Positions 13,426-25,352 of a stretch of 64,000 nucleotides of DNA are shown one piece after another; positions within the stretch are counted from its first letter, which is position 1; every line of letters begins with the position of its first letter. This DNA comes from Gekko japonicus. Its lineage: Eukaryota. The DNA lies in contig NW_015165831.1 of NCBI RefSeq assembly GCF_001447785.1, positions 1,302,064 to 1,366,063 on the forward strand. Reading direction: 5' to 3'. Position numbers and translations under genes: made by a program. Under the pieces are notes generated by a model. It did no database searches, was not told where the DNA came from, and saw only the letters and a list, made by a program, of their open reading frames with translations.

Positions 13426-14088
13426 TCACTGGTAGTTGTTAAGCGGTGGCTGGACAAACACTTGTCCGGGATGCTTTAGGCTGATCCTGCATTGCACATT
13501 GGATTGAACTAGATAGCCAGTATGGCCCCTTCCAGCTCTATAATTCTATATGTGACTTGGAGCTGACTCCCCCAACCCATCAAACCTAAGCTGCACCATA
13601 TGTGTGTGTTTTAGCTATGGTGATGGCATGTTTCCCCAATGCATTTCCTTAATTTTGCATTTTTACTTGAGCTTCTATCTCTATCTGTCTGTCTCTAACC
13701 TGCCCTTCTTCCGTGGTTGGCATACGTAGCCTCCCTCCCATTTTATCCATGCAGGGATCCTGTGAAGTAGGTTCAGTTAAGTGCTCGGCTCAAGGTCACC
13801 CAGTGAACTTCATGGGACAGTAGGGATTTGAACCTGGGTCTCTCTGACCCTAACCCATATTTCTACCCACAGTACTACACTAGCTTTGGGGGGGGGGGGG
13901 GAGCTCCTTCAGAACAGGGTAATTAGGATCCGGAAGCGGCCAGAGGAGAGGGTGCCACGGCAAAAACATAGGAGGAAAGCCACCTGGGGTGACTTTTTGG
14001 CAAGAGTTAAGCACCTTCTCTACTCTTGTCCTGATCCCCATCACACACCGACACCAAAACAACTTTTCTAGTTTAAAAATAAATTATA

Positions 14089-14437
14089 GTAAAGCTAAAG
14101 TTTCCCTTGTTCGAAAGCCAGTCGAATCCGACTCTAGGGTTGCGGTGCTCATCTCCGTTTCAAAGCCGAAGAGCCAGCGCTGTCCGAAGACGTTTCCGTG
14201 GTCATGTGGCCGGCATGACTAAACACCAAGGTGCACGGAACGCTGTTACCTTCCCACTGAAGTGGTACCTATTTATCTACTTGCAATTTCTTGCTTTCAA
14301 ACTGCTAGGTTGGCAGGAGGTGGAACTAGAGACGGGAGCTCACTCCGTCATGCGGCACCCGGGTCTCGAGCTGCTGGACTAACAACCTTCCACAGCCTGC
14401 AGTTCAGCGTCTTAACCACTTGAGCCACCGCAGCTCC
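14089..14437 (-). mobile_element. Sauria SINE
   Basis: Reverse complement of the 29587 copy; tRNA-like head, degenerate (ACCTTT) tail. Confidence 0.88.
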
Positions 14438-16033
14438 AAAAACGAATTATACATGGTGTATAATTGGACCCTTTCTTTGGTACCAAATTGTCACTCCATT
14501 GTTCTATGCTACTTCTGCCACGGCACTGTTCATTATAACTAGTTGTGTGGCACAAGCTTACTTAGTTGTGGCACAGATGAAGCACAGTGGAGCAGGCCTG
14601 TTTTACCCAGCTGGATAAAAAACAACCAGGTGGAAAACTCATCTAATACAGAACGAATGCACACTCCATTAATTTCAATGTTCAATTTATTACAGGTCTA
14701 TACGACCGAAGTCTTGACCAGAAGAAAATGCAAAAGGGGGGTAAAATAGGTACATAAAATTAACATAACATAACATATGACAAGGTGCATAATCACTCCA
14801 TTAATTTAGAGACCTCCCTTCCTTCTTGATGTTCTATTAGTGCTGAGTGCGAATGGCTACTTACCAATTACACAGTCTGCACATTCCTCTTAAGAGCCAT
14901 CTTCTGCAGGCACTTCCTTATTAAGGACCCCCTGCCCCTTGGATTAGCTGACTATAGCATTTGGAGGGCCCTAATCAAAGGCTATGTGGCAAGATTTTCT
15001 CGTTACAGTTCCGGTCTTATCGGTGGGGTGATTTCTCTTTGCAATTAGCTTCTATTTTATCCATCCGGTACATTTTATACCAGTCTTCCTTCAAGGAGAT
15101 GGGGGGGATATTTGTTTGTTTGACTTATAGACCGCCTCCCCCACGCATGGGGCTCAGGGCAATGAACAACATTTTGATAGATACATTTCAATAAATACAT
15201 TTATAATCAATTTAAAAACAGTTAAAACAATGAACAATCTCAGATTGTTTCAGATGGCATTAAGAACATAAGAACATAAGAGACGCCAATGTTGGATCAG
15301 GCCAAAGGCCCATCCAGTCCAACACTCTGTGTCACACAGTGGCCAGAAATACCAGGTGCCATCAGGAGGTCCACCAGTGGGTCCAGGACATTAGAAGCCC
15401 TCCCACTGTTGACCCCCCCCCAAGCACCAAAAAGACAGAGCATCACTTGCCCCAGAGCCCCTATCTATACCTTGTGGCTAATAACCGGCCATACTTAGTT
15501 ACACCAATGGGCCAGATTCTCCCTATGGCAAGCATGATTACTGTTTTTATATGTTTTAATGTGTTTTAATTTTTATTGTATTTATTGACATGCTGTGTCC
15601 CGCCCTGAGCCCGTTTACGGGATGGGTGGGATATAAATGCGAAAAATAAAATAAAATAAACTGATGTAATGAATCCAGCCTCCAGGTGGGACCTGGGGAT
15701 CCCCTGGAATTACAGCTCATCTCCAGACTACAGAGATCATTTCCCCTGGAGAAAATGGAGCCTTTGGAGGGTGGACTCTGTGGCCTTGTACCTCACAGAG
15801 GTCTCTGTCCTCCTCCAGCCTCCACCCCCAAATCTCCAGGAGTTTCCCAACCTGGATTTGGCAGCCCTATCCCCCATCTCTCACCGGTGGGCAGGGACCT
15901 GGTAACCCTAGATCTATATGATTTTGAATTAATTTTTCCCATAACTTACCCTTGTAAAAGAATCACCTTGCTTCACAGACAGTAATTCGTCTGGAGCGCT
16001 TATATACCTCAGCTGGCAGCAGTTACTACATGT

Positions 16034-17081
16034 CAGGGGTCTTTTGGGAACGGAGCATACCGGAGCGCCGCTCTGGGAGCCCAGGAGCTGGCAAAATGGC
16101 GGCTGCAGCAAGCCCCACTCGCAGCTCCCCGTGCTGCGGCCCGTTGCTGCCTTCCCGGGGCCCACGCTGGAGCACTGCGGCCCCAGGGAGGCCAGAGGAT
16201 GCCCGTCGCCGCCTCCCCGGGCCAGCGCCGGAGCGCTGCGGCCCGGAGGACGCTGGAGGATGCCCGTTGCCGCCTCCCCGGGCCAGCACCGGAGTGCTGC
16301 GGCCCGGAGGAGGCCAAAGGATGCCCGATGTCGCCTCCTTGGGCCAGCGCCGGAGTGCTGCGGCCTGGGGGAGACCAGAAGACACTTCCCGCTGCCTCCC
16401 CAGTCCAGCGCTGAAGCACTGCAGCCCGGGGGAGGCTAGAAGAGGGCCCACCACCACCTCCCCAGGCCAGCGCCGGAGCGGGGTAAGTGAAGGATCTGTG
16501 GGGGGTGGCGGAGACTTGATTGGGGGAGTGGGGGGGTGGGAGAGCCTCCTCCTCCCCCCATCTCTTTGTACTCTTTCTTTCCCTCCTTTCCTTCCCCTTC
16601 CTTTTCATTTCCTCCTTTTCTTTCTCTTTCCGTTCTCTTCCTTCCTTCCTCTCTTTTTCTTNNNNNNNNNNNNNNNNNNNNNNNNNNNNNNNNNNNNNNN
16701 NNNNNNNNNNNNNNNNNNNNNNNNNNNNNNNNNNNNNNNNNNNNNNNNNNNNNNNNNNNNNNNNNNNNNNNNNNNNNNNNNNNNNNNNNNNNNNNNNNNN
16801 NNNNNNNNNNNNNNNNNNNNNNNNNNNNNNNNNNNNNNNNNNNNNNNNNNNNNNNNNNNNNNNNNNNNNNNNNNNNNNNNNNNNNNNNNNNNNNNNNNGA
16901 AGGGGAGGCTTTTGAAGATGCCTTCCCCCCCCCCCTTTTGCTTCCCCTTCTGACATCTCTTCCGGTGATGTCAGGGGGCACTGCATATGCTAATGAGATA
17001 TTATGCTAATAGCCTAGTAGCTCATTAGCATACCATATGCTAATGAGCTCCTGCAGCTCTTTTTCTATGAAATGACCCTTT
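16034..17081. mobile_element. hAT element with internal about 60-bp GC-rich minisatellite and an N gap
   Basis: TIR CAGGGGTC, TSD CTACATGT; about 5 repeat units at 16160-16480. Confidence 0.85.
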
Positions 17082-17410
17082 CTACATGTTAGGTCTCTTA
17101 GTGGCAAAGCATCCCTGGTCAGAGTCTTCCCCCCCCCCGTCAAGTCACAGCTGATTTATGGCAACCCCATAGGGTTTTCAAGGCAAGAGAGGTTCAGGGC
17201 TGGTTTGCCATTGCCTGCCTCTGCGTAGCAACCCTGGTATTCCTTGCATGTCTCCCTTCCAAATACTGACCAAGCAGTCAAGCTTTTTTGGTTGTAGCTG
17301 CAGAATAAATTCACTGGGGGGAAAGAATGGTGCATATGGCAGGCACAGAATCCGAACTCAAGCTTAAAGGCTTGACTGCTCGGATTCTCTGCAGTAAGCT
17401 GTGCATGCAT

Positions 17411-17752
17411 CAGAGGTCATTTCGAGGGGGGGACACGGGGGGACGCAGTTCCCCCGGGTGAGGCGCAGGGGGCAGGGCACATGATGAAGCCCCGCCCCCT
17501 GCTTCCGGCCGCCCCGCTTCCAGCCCTCATTCACCCAGGAGGAGGCAGGAGAAGAGGGAGGGTAAGTTGCTTCCTCCCTGCCTCTCCCCACCCCTGCCTG
17601 CCTGGGGCCAGGGAGGGCCTTGGCGGGGCTTCCTCGCACTCCCGCTGGCCTTGCAGGTCCACCGCCGGGCCCCTGATGTCAGGGGATGTGGCATATACTA
17701 ATGAGTTATGCTAATGAGTTCCCCTAGCTCTTTTTCTACGAAATGACCCCTG
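17411..17752. mobile_element. 342-bp hAT MITE family copy
   Basis: TIRs CAGAGGTCATTTCG / CGAAATGACCCCTG; near-identical to 27373-27714, 33680-33997 and the partial copy at 1-125. Confidence 0.9.
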
Positions 17753-18289
17753 GTGTGCATAATAGGCCTAAGAGCAGTGGTTCCTGGAATGGAGGAGGTT
17801 CTGGAACAACAGTTTTTGCAGCTGGAGGACCCTTGTTTTGATTTTAAAAACCTCAGGTCCCCAAATGCCTCCTCTCCTCCTTCAGTGGCACTGGCTGTGT
17901 GCCAGACGGATGCTTTTCAAATGGTGCCCATGGCAGCCACTCGTGTCTATCAAACAATACAATGGGAGCTGCATCACCTACACTTTAAAAGCAACTTTCA
18001 GTAAAGTCTTTGTATTGGCTATACAAGAGAGAGAGGGCCACAACTCCAAAGGCCCTGGTCTGTCTCACCAGTTGATGGACATTGTACCAGATACAGAAAC
18101 TTCCTTTTTGAACAGGGGTGGGGGAAGAGGCCTAAGAGCTGCTCAAGAAAATACAAAAAAGTTTATCTCTCTGGAAAGTCACTTACGCCTGCAGTGCAGT
18201 GCAATGATTGTTACGGAGAATTAAGCCCTGGAACACTTTATTCCTTCTGCTTCATCCTTCTCATAGATTCCTGCTTCAGCAACCACTAT

Positions 18290-21200
18290 TTAGGCTTCAT
18301 CCTGGATAGTGTAGATCACCAAGTCTTTAGAGAGGTCCTCATCTGCCGTCCCGCTATCCTGATCATCAGAACGCAAGCCAGAGTCCAGGGCCTCTTTGTG
18401 TTTGCGTAGTTTGTAAAGGAGGGTCACCAAGTTCCGCTCCACCTGCCCCAGGGACTTCATGGAGGATCGGACGGAGCAGCCATGCCTGGGAAGACCAGGC
18501 GTTTGGGCTGGGGACATCTTGCAGTCCATAACCTGTGCAGAAGAAAGCAGCACAGTGGTCGTTCGAGCAAGCCGCAGTACCCTTTACAGGTGAGGGGAGC
18601 ATCAGATCTCCAGACACTTCCCGTGCATGGAAGCATGCTCCGAATTGTAATGGTTCAATGAATTTCACCCTCTACTTGCATCCGGCTTTCGTGTCTGGGG
18701 AATGGGAAGGTCAGGCAATGGGTTCCTCCAGTCCCCTCAATCCATATCTCCTGCACCGACTCTTAAGTGATGTCTGTACAATTTACCCCAGAGATCACTG
18801 CACCCTCCAATCCCCAGCTAACATATTCGGCAGTTGCCTCACCGAATCCACACTTCCTGCTTTCATAGCCTTTTGGATCACGGTTGCAGCCAACAGCTCC
18901 ATTTGTTCCTAGAAGCTTGATAATGTAGCACGGTTGGCTGCAGCTTTATAGGACCCCTTCCCATCAGCGCTGGCTGTTGGGGGCCCCAATCATAGAGTTG
19001 CCAGCCTCTTGGAGCTCCCCCAGAACTACAACTCATCTCCAGGCTACAGAGATCGGTTCTCCAGGACAAAATGGCTGCTTTGAGGGTAGACTCTATGGTG
19101 CTATACCCCACTGAGGTCTCTCCCCTCACCAAACCCCACCCTCCCTAGGCTCCACCTCCAAATCTCCAGGAATTTCCCAACCCTACATAATACTATAAGA
19201 CATTATGGTTGGTAGGGTTGCCAGCCTCCAGTTGGTTATGCAGGAAATACAACACTGTGTATACTAATTTTATAATATATATAGAAGAGTCATATCCAAG
19301 TGTTTGTATGGTTTAAAATCTTTATTCATAGACTGTGGTAATTATATTGATTTTAAACCATACAAACACTTGGATATGACTTTTCAATGTATATTATGAA
19401 ATATTAAAGACATGTGTAACTACTACAAAATAATCAAGGAAATGTGCTATATCATAAGTATAATCAAGGAAATGTGCTATATCATAAGTATAATCAAGGA
19501 AATGTGCTATATCATAAGTATAATCAAGGAAATGTGCTATAAGTATAATCAAGGAAATGTGCTATATCATAAGTAAGTCCATGCATAATATATGACCAAT
19601 GTCTCAGTAGATGTAATGCCAGAGATCCCACTTGTAAACTCAGGGTAATCAGACTCTCTTACTGAATGTCGGACGTAAAGACGATCTCCGCTGCAGCGTT
19701 TCCAGGGATGCATGGTTCCAGTGAACCAGTTTCAAGCTTGAAAAAGCCTTAAGCAAAACGTGATTTCCATTAGCTGGCTTGCATGTTGGGGTCACTGGAC
19801 TAGACTAGATTAGTCATTAGACTAGATCTAATGGGTGGACATTACAAGGGAGTCGATACCGGCTAAATATCAGGAGAAACTTCCTAACTGTAAGAGTGGA
19901 TGAGCAGTGGAACAGACTGCCTCGGGAGGTGGTTTGATGCTCCCTCACTGGACATTTTCAAGCGGGGGCTGGACGACCATCTTTTTGGTATGTTGTAGGG
20001 CTATCTTTTGGCTATGCTGCTGCAGAGTGCAGGGGGTTGGACTAGATGACCTGCAAGGTCCCTTCCAACTCTAATATTCTATGATTCTATGATATTCAAG
20101 CATTGGTAGGGTTTAAAATCTTTATTCATGGATTGTGGTAGTTATACTGAATTATATTAGATATTATACACAGTGTTGTATTTCCTGTATATTCCTGATC
20201 CTGACTGTGTATCTCACTTGTTGTAGCCTCCAGGTGGCACTTGGAGGTCTCCCAAAATTTGAACTGATCTCCAGGCAACAGAGATCAGTCCCCGTGGAGC
20301 AAATGGCAGTTCTGAAGGATGGACTCTATGGAATTACACCTTGCTGAGATGAGATCCTCCCCTTCCCCAAACCCTGCCATTCCCAGGCTCCACCCCCAAA
20401 TCTCCAGTATTTCCCAACCCAGAGTTGGCAACCCTAGTTGGCATGGAAGGGAATTATATTTTAAAGAGTGTTTGACAAGGAAATTCTGAGCTCAGATGAT
20501 CCTATCAGCATGGAGCATATCTCTAATCCTGTATTAGGATGGTAGTGTTGCCAGCTCCAGATAGGGTTGCCAAACCTTTTTTTCCAGCGGCAGAACTCTA
20601 TGTTTTCCCCTCAAATGGCTGTGGCCCCGCCCCCAGCGTGCCCGGCGTCATCACGTCACATCTGGGTGACGTGGACGCGGGGGTGGGGTTTCCCCTGGGG
20701 CCCGATTCCGCGGGGGTGGAAATTGGGCCTCCAAAGCGGGGGGGGGGGGAATCTGCCCCCCGGGGGGATTTGGCAGCCCTAGCTCCAGACTGGGAAATTC
20801 CTGGAGATCTGGGAGTGGATTTTGGGGAGGGGGGGATTTGGGGAGGGGGGGAACCTCAGCAAGGTGTAATGCCATGGAATCCACCCTCCAAAGCAGCCAT
20901 TTTCTCCAGGGGAATTGATCTCTCTAGTTTGCAGATCAGTTGTGATTCTTGGAAATCTCCAGACAAACACCCCCCCCCCAAGGTTGGTGACTCTAGTGTG
21001 TAGACATATGATTCCATTCCTGGGACCAGACTCCTGTCTCCAGACAGCACAGCCGCTGTTCCAGAAGGGAGAAATGCACCCGATGTCCAGCACTGCACCC
21101 ACCAACCAGCATGTCCCTCACGTGGGCACTCACCTTCGTCCCCTGCCACGTGGGGCATGGCTCCATGGGGAAGTCATCCAAGAGCCAGGCCAGGCCATAA

Positions 21201-21376
21201 AAGCCCATGAGGCTCAGCAGCCACAGCACGATCCTCCGCTCCAGCCCCTCAGGCAGAGACTGCAGGCCTTGGTCGCTCTGGACCTCAGAGGCCTTGTCCT
21301 GCTTATACAAGACAGGGGCGGCCCAGCCCCCCGTGCAGCAGAGGGCGAGTACAAGGAGCCTGCTGCCCAGGACCAT
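18290..21376 (-). CDS. FAM209-like single-pass membrane protein A, 2 exons (21376-21134, 18532-18290), 161 aa
   Basis: GCCATGG start; exon 1 = MVLGSRLLVLALCCTGGWA (signal peptide) ... QSLPE ... IVLWLLSLMGFYGLAWLL (TM) ... GTK, then AAG|GTGAGT donor (phase 0). Acceptor ctttcttctgcacag| opens exon 2 VMDCKM...SLGQVERNLVTLLYKLRKHKEAL...DLVIYTIQDEA*. AATAAA on - strand at 18237-18242. Family call is from recalled similarity to human FAM209A/B. Confidence 0.75.
19431..19575. repeat. 30-bp tandem repeat, about 5 copies
   Basis: Unit TAATCAAGGAAATGTGCTATATCATAAGTA; one unit has a 5-bp deletion. Confidence 0.95.
19822..20092 (+). mobile_element. CR1 LINE 3' fragment (same subfamily as 63032 copy)
   Basis: High similarity to 63290-63570; ATTCTATG tail. 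Confidence 0.85.
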
Positions 21377-24300
21377 GGCCTGCTTGCTCCTGGTTGTCAT
21401 AGGCCTTGCCATGGCAGTGGCCAGCAGTGACATCACAAACCCCTCGGTAGGTGAAGCAGCTTGGGCTCTTGACCTCCTCGGTTTCCACAGAACGAGTGTT
21501 GGTGGTCTGCGAGTGAAGCCCAGCCATGAAGGCAAGCGGGAGGACTGAGCTTCACAAAAGTGGCCTACTCCCTAAAGCCCCCTGCATGTCTTCTTGGGGC
21601 TCAAGTAGGGATGCCAGCCTCCAGGTGGGACCTGGGGACCCCCCAGAATTACAGCTCCTCTCCAGACGACAGAGATCAGCTCCCCTGGAGAAATTGGATG
21701 CTTTGGAGGGTGGACTCTAGGCCATTGTACCCCACTGAGGTCCCCAGTCTCCACCCCCCAGTTCTCCAGGAGTTTCCAAACCTGGATCTGGCACCCCTAC
21801 GCCCTCATCCCCTGCTAGGGTTGCCAAGTGGCACTTACCTTGCCGGCGGGGGACTCCCGGGTGGATCTCGGCATGCGCGCGTGCCGCACACACGTCATCA
21901 GGAAGTGACGTTATGATGCCGGGCACGCTGGGGGCGGGGCCATGACCATACAAGGGGAAACCATAGAGTTTTCCTTTGTATGGCTGTGGCCCCGCCCCCA
22001 GCGTACCCGCGTCGCTTCCTGGTGACGCGCACGTCGGGGAGGAGTTCCCCCCAGGGCCCGATCCAGCGGCGCCGGGGAACATCCAACTTGGGATCCCTAT
22101 CCCCTGCCAGGGGGGACATAGCAACCCTAGGCTGAACCCTGGCTTTAAAAACATATTCTGGAGTCAAATCCCCACTGATATGAAGCCCTAGGTGGCATAT
22201 TCCAGAGTCAGAACCAGACCCTTCCCATCCTGCACCTCTGATAGGGCTGCCAGCAGGGTTCTGCTATTACAATGATCTCCAGACGATCAAGATCAGTTCA
22301 CCTGGAGAAAATGGCTGCTTTGGAGGGTGGGCGGTATGGCTTTAATCCTGCTGAGGTCCCTCTCCTCCTCAAATGCCACCCTCTCCAGGTTCCACGATCT
22401 CCGGGTATTTCCCCAGCCCAGAGCTGGCAAATCTAGTTGCCAGCTGTGGAAATTTTGGGGTTGGAGCCTGGGGAGGGGAGAGACCTGAGCAGGGTATAAT
22501 GCCATAGAGTCCATCCTCCAAAGCAGCTATTTTATCCAGGGGGACTGATTGCTGTAGCCTGGCGATCAACTATAATTCTAGGATAGCTCCAGCCACCACC
22601 TGGAAGTTGGCAACATTAAACGTAGATCCCGGCCCAAGTACAGGATGTGATTAGGTAGGCCCTAGATTCAGTGAGAGCTAGGGTAGCCAATAGGATTGCC
22701 AGGTCTGGGTTGGGAAACCCTGGAGATTTCGGGGGTGGAGCTTGAGGAGGGTGGAGTTTCGGGAGGGACCTCAACAAGGTACAAGGCCATAGAGTCCACC
22801 CTCCAAAGCAGCCATTTTCTCTATGGGAACTGGTCTTGATTGTCTGGAGATCAACTGTAAAAGCAGGAGATCTGCAGGTATTACCTGGAAGTTGGCAGCA
22901 CCAGTGGCCAATCTCCAGGTGGGGCCTGGCGTACGATTGTCAGGTCAATGTTAGGAAATTCCTGGAGATTTGGGGGCGAAGACCGGGGAGGGTGGAGTTT
23001 GTGGAGAAGGCGCTCAGGCGGGATGTGATGCCACATAGTCTAAACCCCCCCCCCCAAAAAAAGCTGCCATTTTCTCCAGGGGAACTGATCTCTGTAGAAT
23101 GGCGATTCGTGGTAATTTCTGGAAAACTCCACCCGCCACCTGGGAGTTGGCAACAATGCTCCCTCTAAGCTGTGGAGTCTTGTGAGCACAAATCCTACTT
23201 TGTGAGCCACTGGCATTAAAGTTGTGAGCGAGCAATTTGACTACTGCATAAATTAGTTTGCTCTGGAGCCCTCCTTCCTGTGCTAAGACAGAAATGTGTG
23301 AGCCGGAGGCTAAAAAACTGTGAGCCAGCTCACACTAACTCAATTTAGAGGGAACACTGGTTGGCAATCCTAGCCTGGAGGGGTCCTAGAATTATCACTG
23401 ATCTCCAGACTACAAAGCTCAGTTCCCTTGGTGAAAACAGCTGCTTTAAAAGCTGGGCTCTATGGCATTATACTCACCTGTAGTCCCTCCCCTGCCTTCC
23501 CCAAACCCTATCCTCCACGGCATCATCTCCAGACCTCCAAGAGTTTCCCAAGCCAGAGTTGGCAGCCCTAGTGAGAGCCCAAGGCCATCTGTGTCCCTCT
23601 GTCAGCTCTTGCTCTAGTGTTCCGTAGAGCCAGAATGGTGTGGGGGTTAGCGTGTCAGGCTAGGATCTGGGAGACCCAGGTTCAAATGCCCCCGCCCTGC
23701 CATAGAGACTTGGTGGGTGACCTTGGGCCAGTCACACACTCTCAGCCTGACCTACCTCACAGGGTTATATCGTGAGACGAAAATGTAAGAGAGGAGAACA
23801 AAGTGAGCTACTTTGGATCCTTATTAAAGAAATGGATTAATTAATTAATTATCGTATGGCAGTGGGTGTAGTATAGCCAGGAGATCCGAAGATTGTCTGG
23901 CAGCCTGAAACTCTAGCTCTTTTTGTGGCGAGCTGGGTTTGTTTTTTTTGGGCTGAGAGAACTGTGACTGGCCCAAGGTCACCCAACTGGCTTCCTGTGG
24001 AGGAGTGGGGCATAGAACTACAGTTCTCCAGATTAGAGTCCGCCGGCACCGCTCTTAACCACTACACCAAATTGGCTCTCCTATTGGAGAGAAAAGCAGT
24101 GTATAAACAAAGTAACAAACAAACAAATAAATACCCATATCTTCTAGATTGCCAACTTCCAGATGTGGCCTGGAGCCCACCTAGAATTACAGCTGATCTC
24201 CAGACTCAGGAAGGTCTGGGTTGGAAGACATGGCAGCTTCAAAGGGTGGACAGGACTCTATGGTCTCACATTCNNNNNNNNNNNNNNNNNNNNNNNNNNN

Positions 24301-25352
24301 NNNNNNNNNNNNNNNNNNNNNNNNNNNNNNNNNNNNNNNNNNNNNNNNNNNNNNNNNNNNNNNNNNNNNNNNNNNNNNNNNNNNNNNNNNNNNNNNNNNN
24401 NNNNNNNNNNNNNNNNNNNNNNNNNNNNNNNNNNNNNNNNNNNNNNNNNNNNNNNNNNNNNNNNNNNNNNNNNNNNNNNNNNNNNNNNNNNNNNNNNNNN
24501 NNNNNNNNNNNNNNNNNNNNNNNNNNNNNNNNNNNNNNNNNNNNNNNNNNNNNNNNNNNNNNNNNNNNNNNNNNNNNNNNNNNNNNNNNNNNNNNNNNNN
24601 NNNNNNNNNNNNNNNNNNNNNNNNNNNNNNNNNNNNNNNNNNNNNNNNNNNNNNNNNNNNNNNNNNNNNNNNNNNNNNNNNNNNNNNNNNNNNNNNNNNN
24701 NNNNNNNNNNNNNNNNNNNNNNNNNNNNNNNNNNNNNNNNNNNNNNNNNNNNNNNNNNNNNNNNNNNNNNNNNNNNNNNNNNNNNNCTGACCTCCCTCTC
24801 CTTCCTCACCAAATTCTGCCCTTCCCATGCACAGCCCCTAAATCTCTAGGAATTTTCCAAGCTGGAGTTGGCAGCCCTACGTTCTTCTTTCTCTAGGTCC
24901 TTCATGATTTCCCCTCATCCCACTAGGGTTGCCAGCTCTGGGTTGGGAAATACCTGGAGATTTGGGGGGTGGAGCCTGGGGAGGGCGGAGTTTGGGGAGG
25001 GGAGGGGCCTCAGCAGGGTGCAGTGCCACAGAGTCCATCCTCCAAAGCAGCCATTTTCTCCAGGGGGACTCGTCTTGGTCGTCTGGAGATCAACTGTAAT
25101 AGCGGGAGATCTCCAGCCACCACCTGGAGATTGGCAACCCTACATCCAACTCTTTTCCTCCCTTCCCTTGCTCTGGACTTTGTGGCTTTTTTGCCTCACC
25201 TTCCCCTTGGTTTTGCCTGTGCTTCACCCTACAGCCTTCAGCTTGGCTCCCCCACCCAGCCCCAGAGATGTGTTCCACTGCATTCTCTGCCATAGTTTAT
25301 TCTTTCTTTCCAGGGCCCTTCTGGGCTGCAGACCCCGCGACAGGCCTCAAGC

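Noticed and set aside
16030-17009. Long ORFs spanning N runs (also 23925-24896, 30014-30448, 30968-31540)
   Set aside because: Artefacts of assembly gaps (16662-16898, 24274-24786, 30147-30341, 31195-31243) and GC-rich repeats.
19431-19575. CRISPR-like array
   Set aside because: Head-to-tail repeats with no spacers, in a vertebrate genome.
20915-21548. Plus-strand ORFs over FAM209-like A exon 1
   Set aside because: Antisense shadows without splice or domain support.
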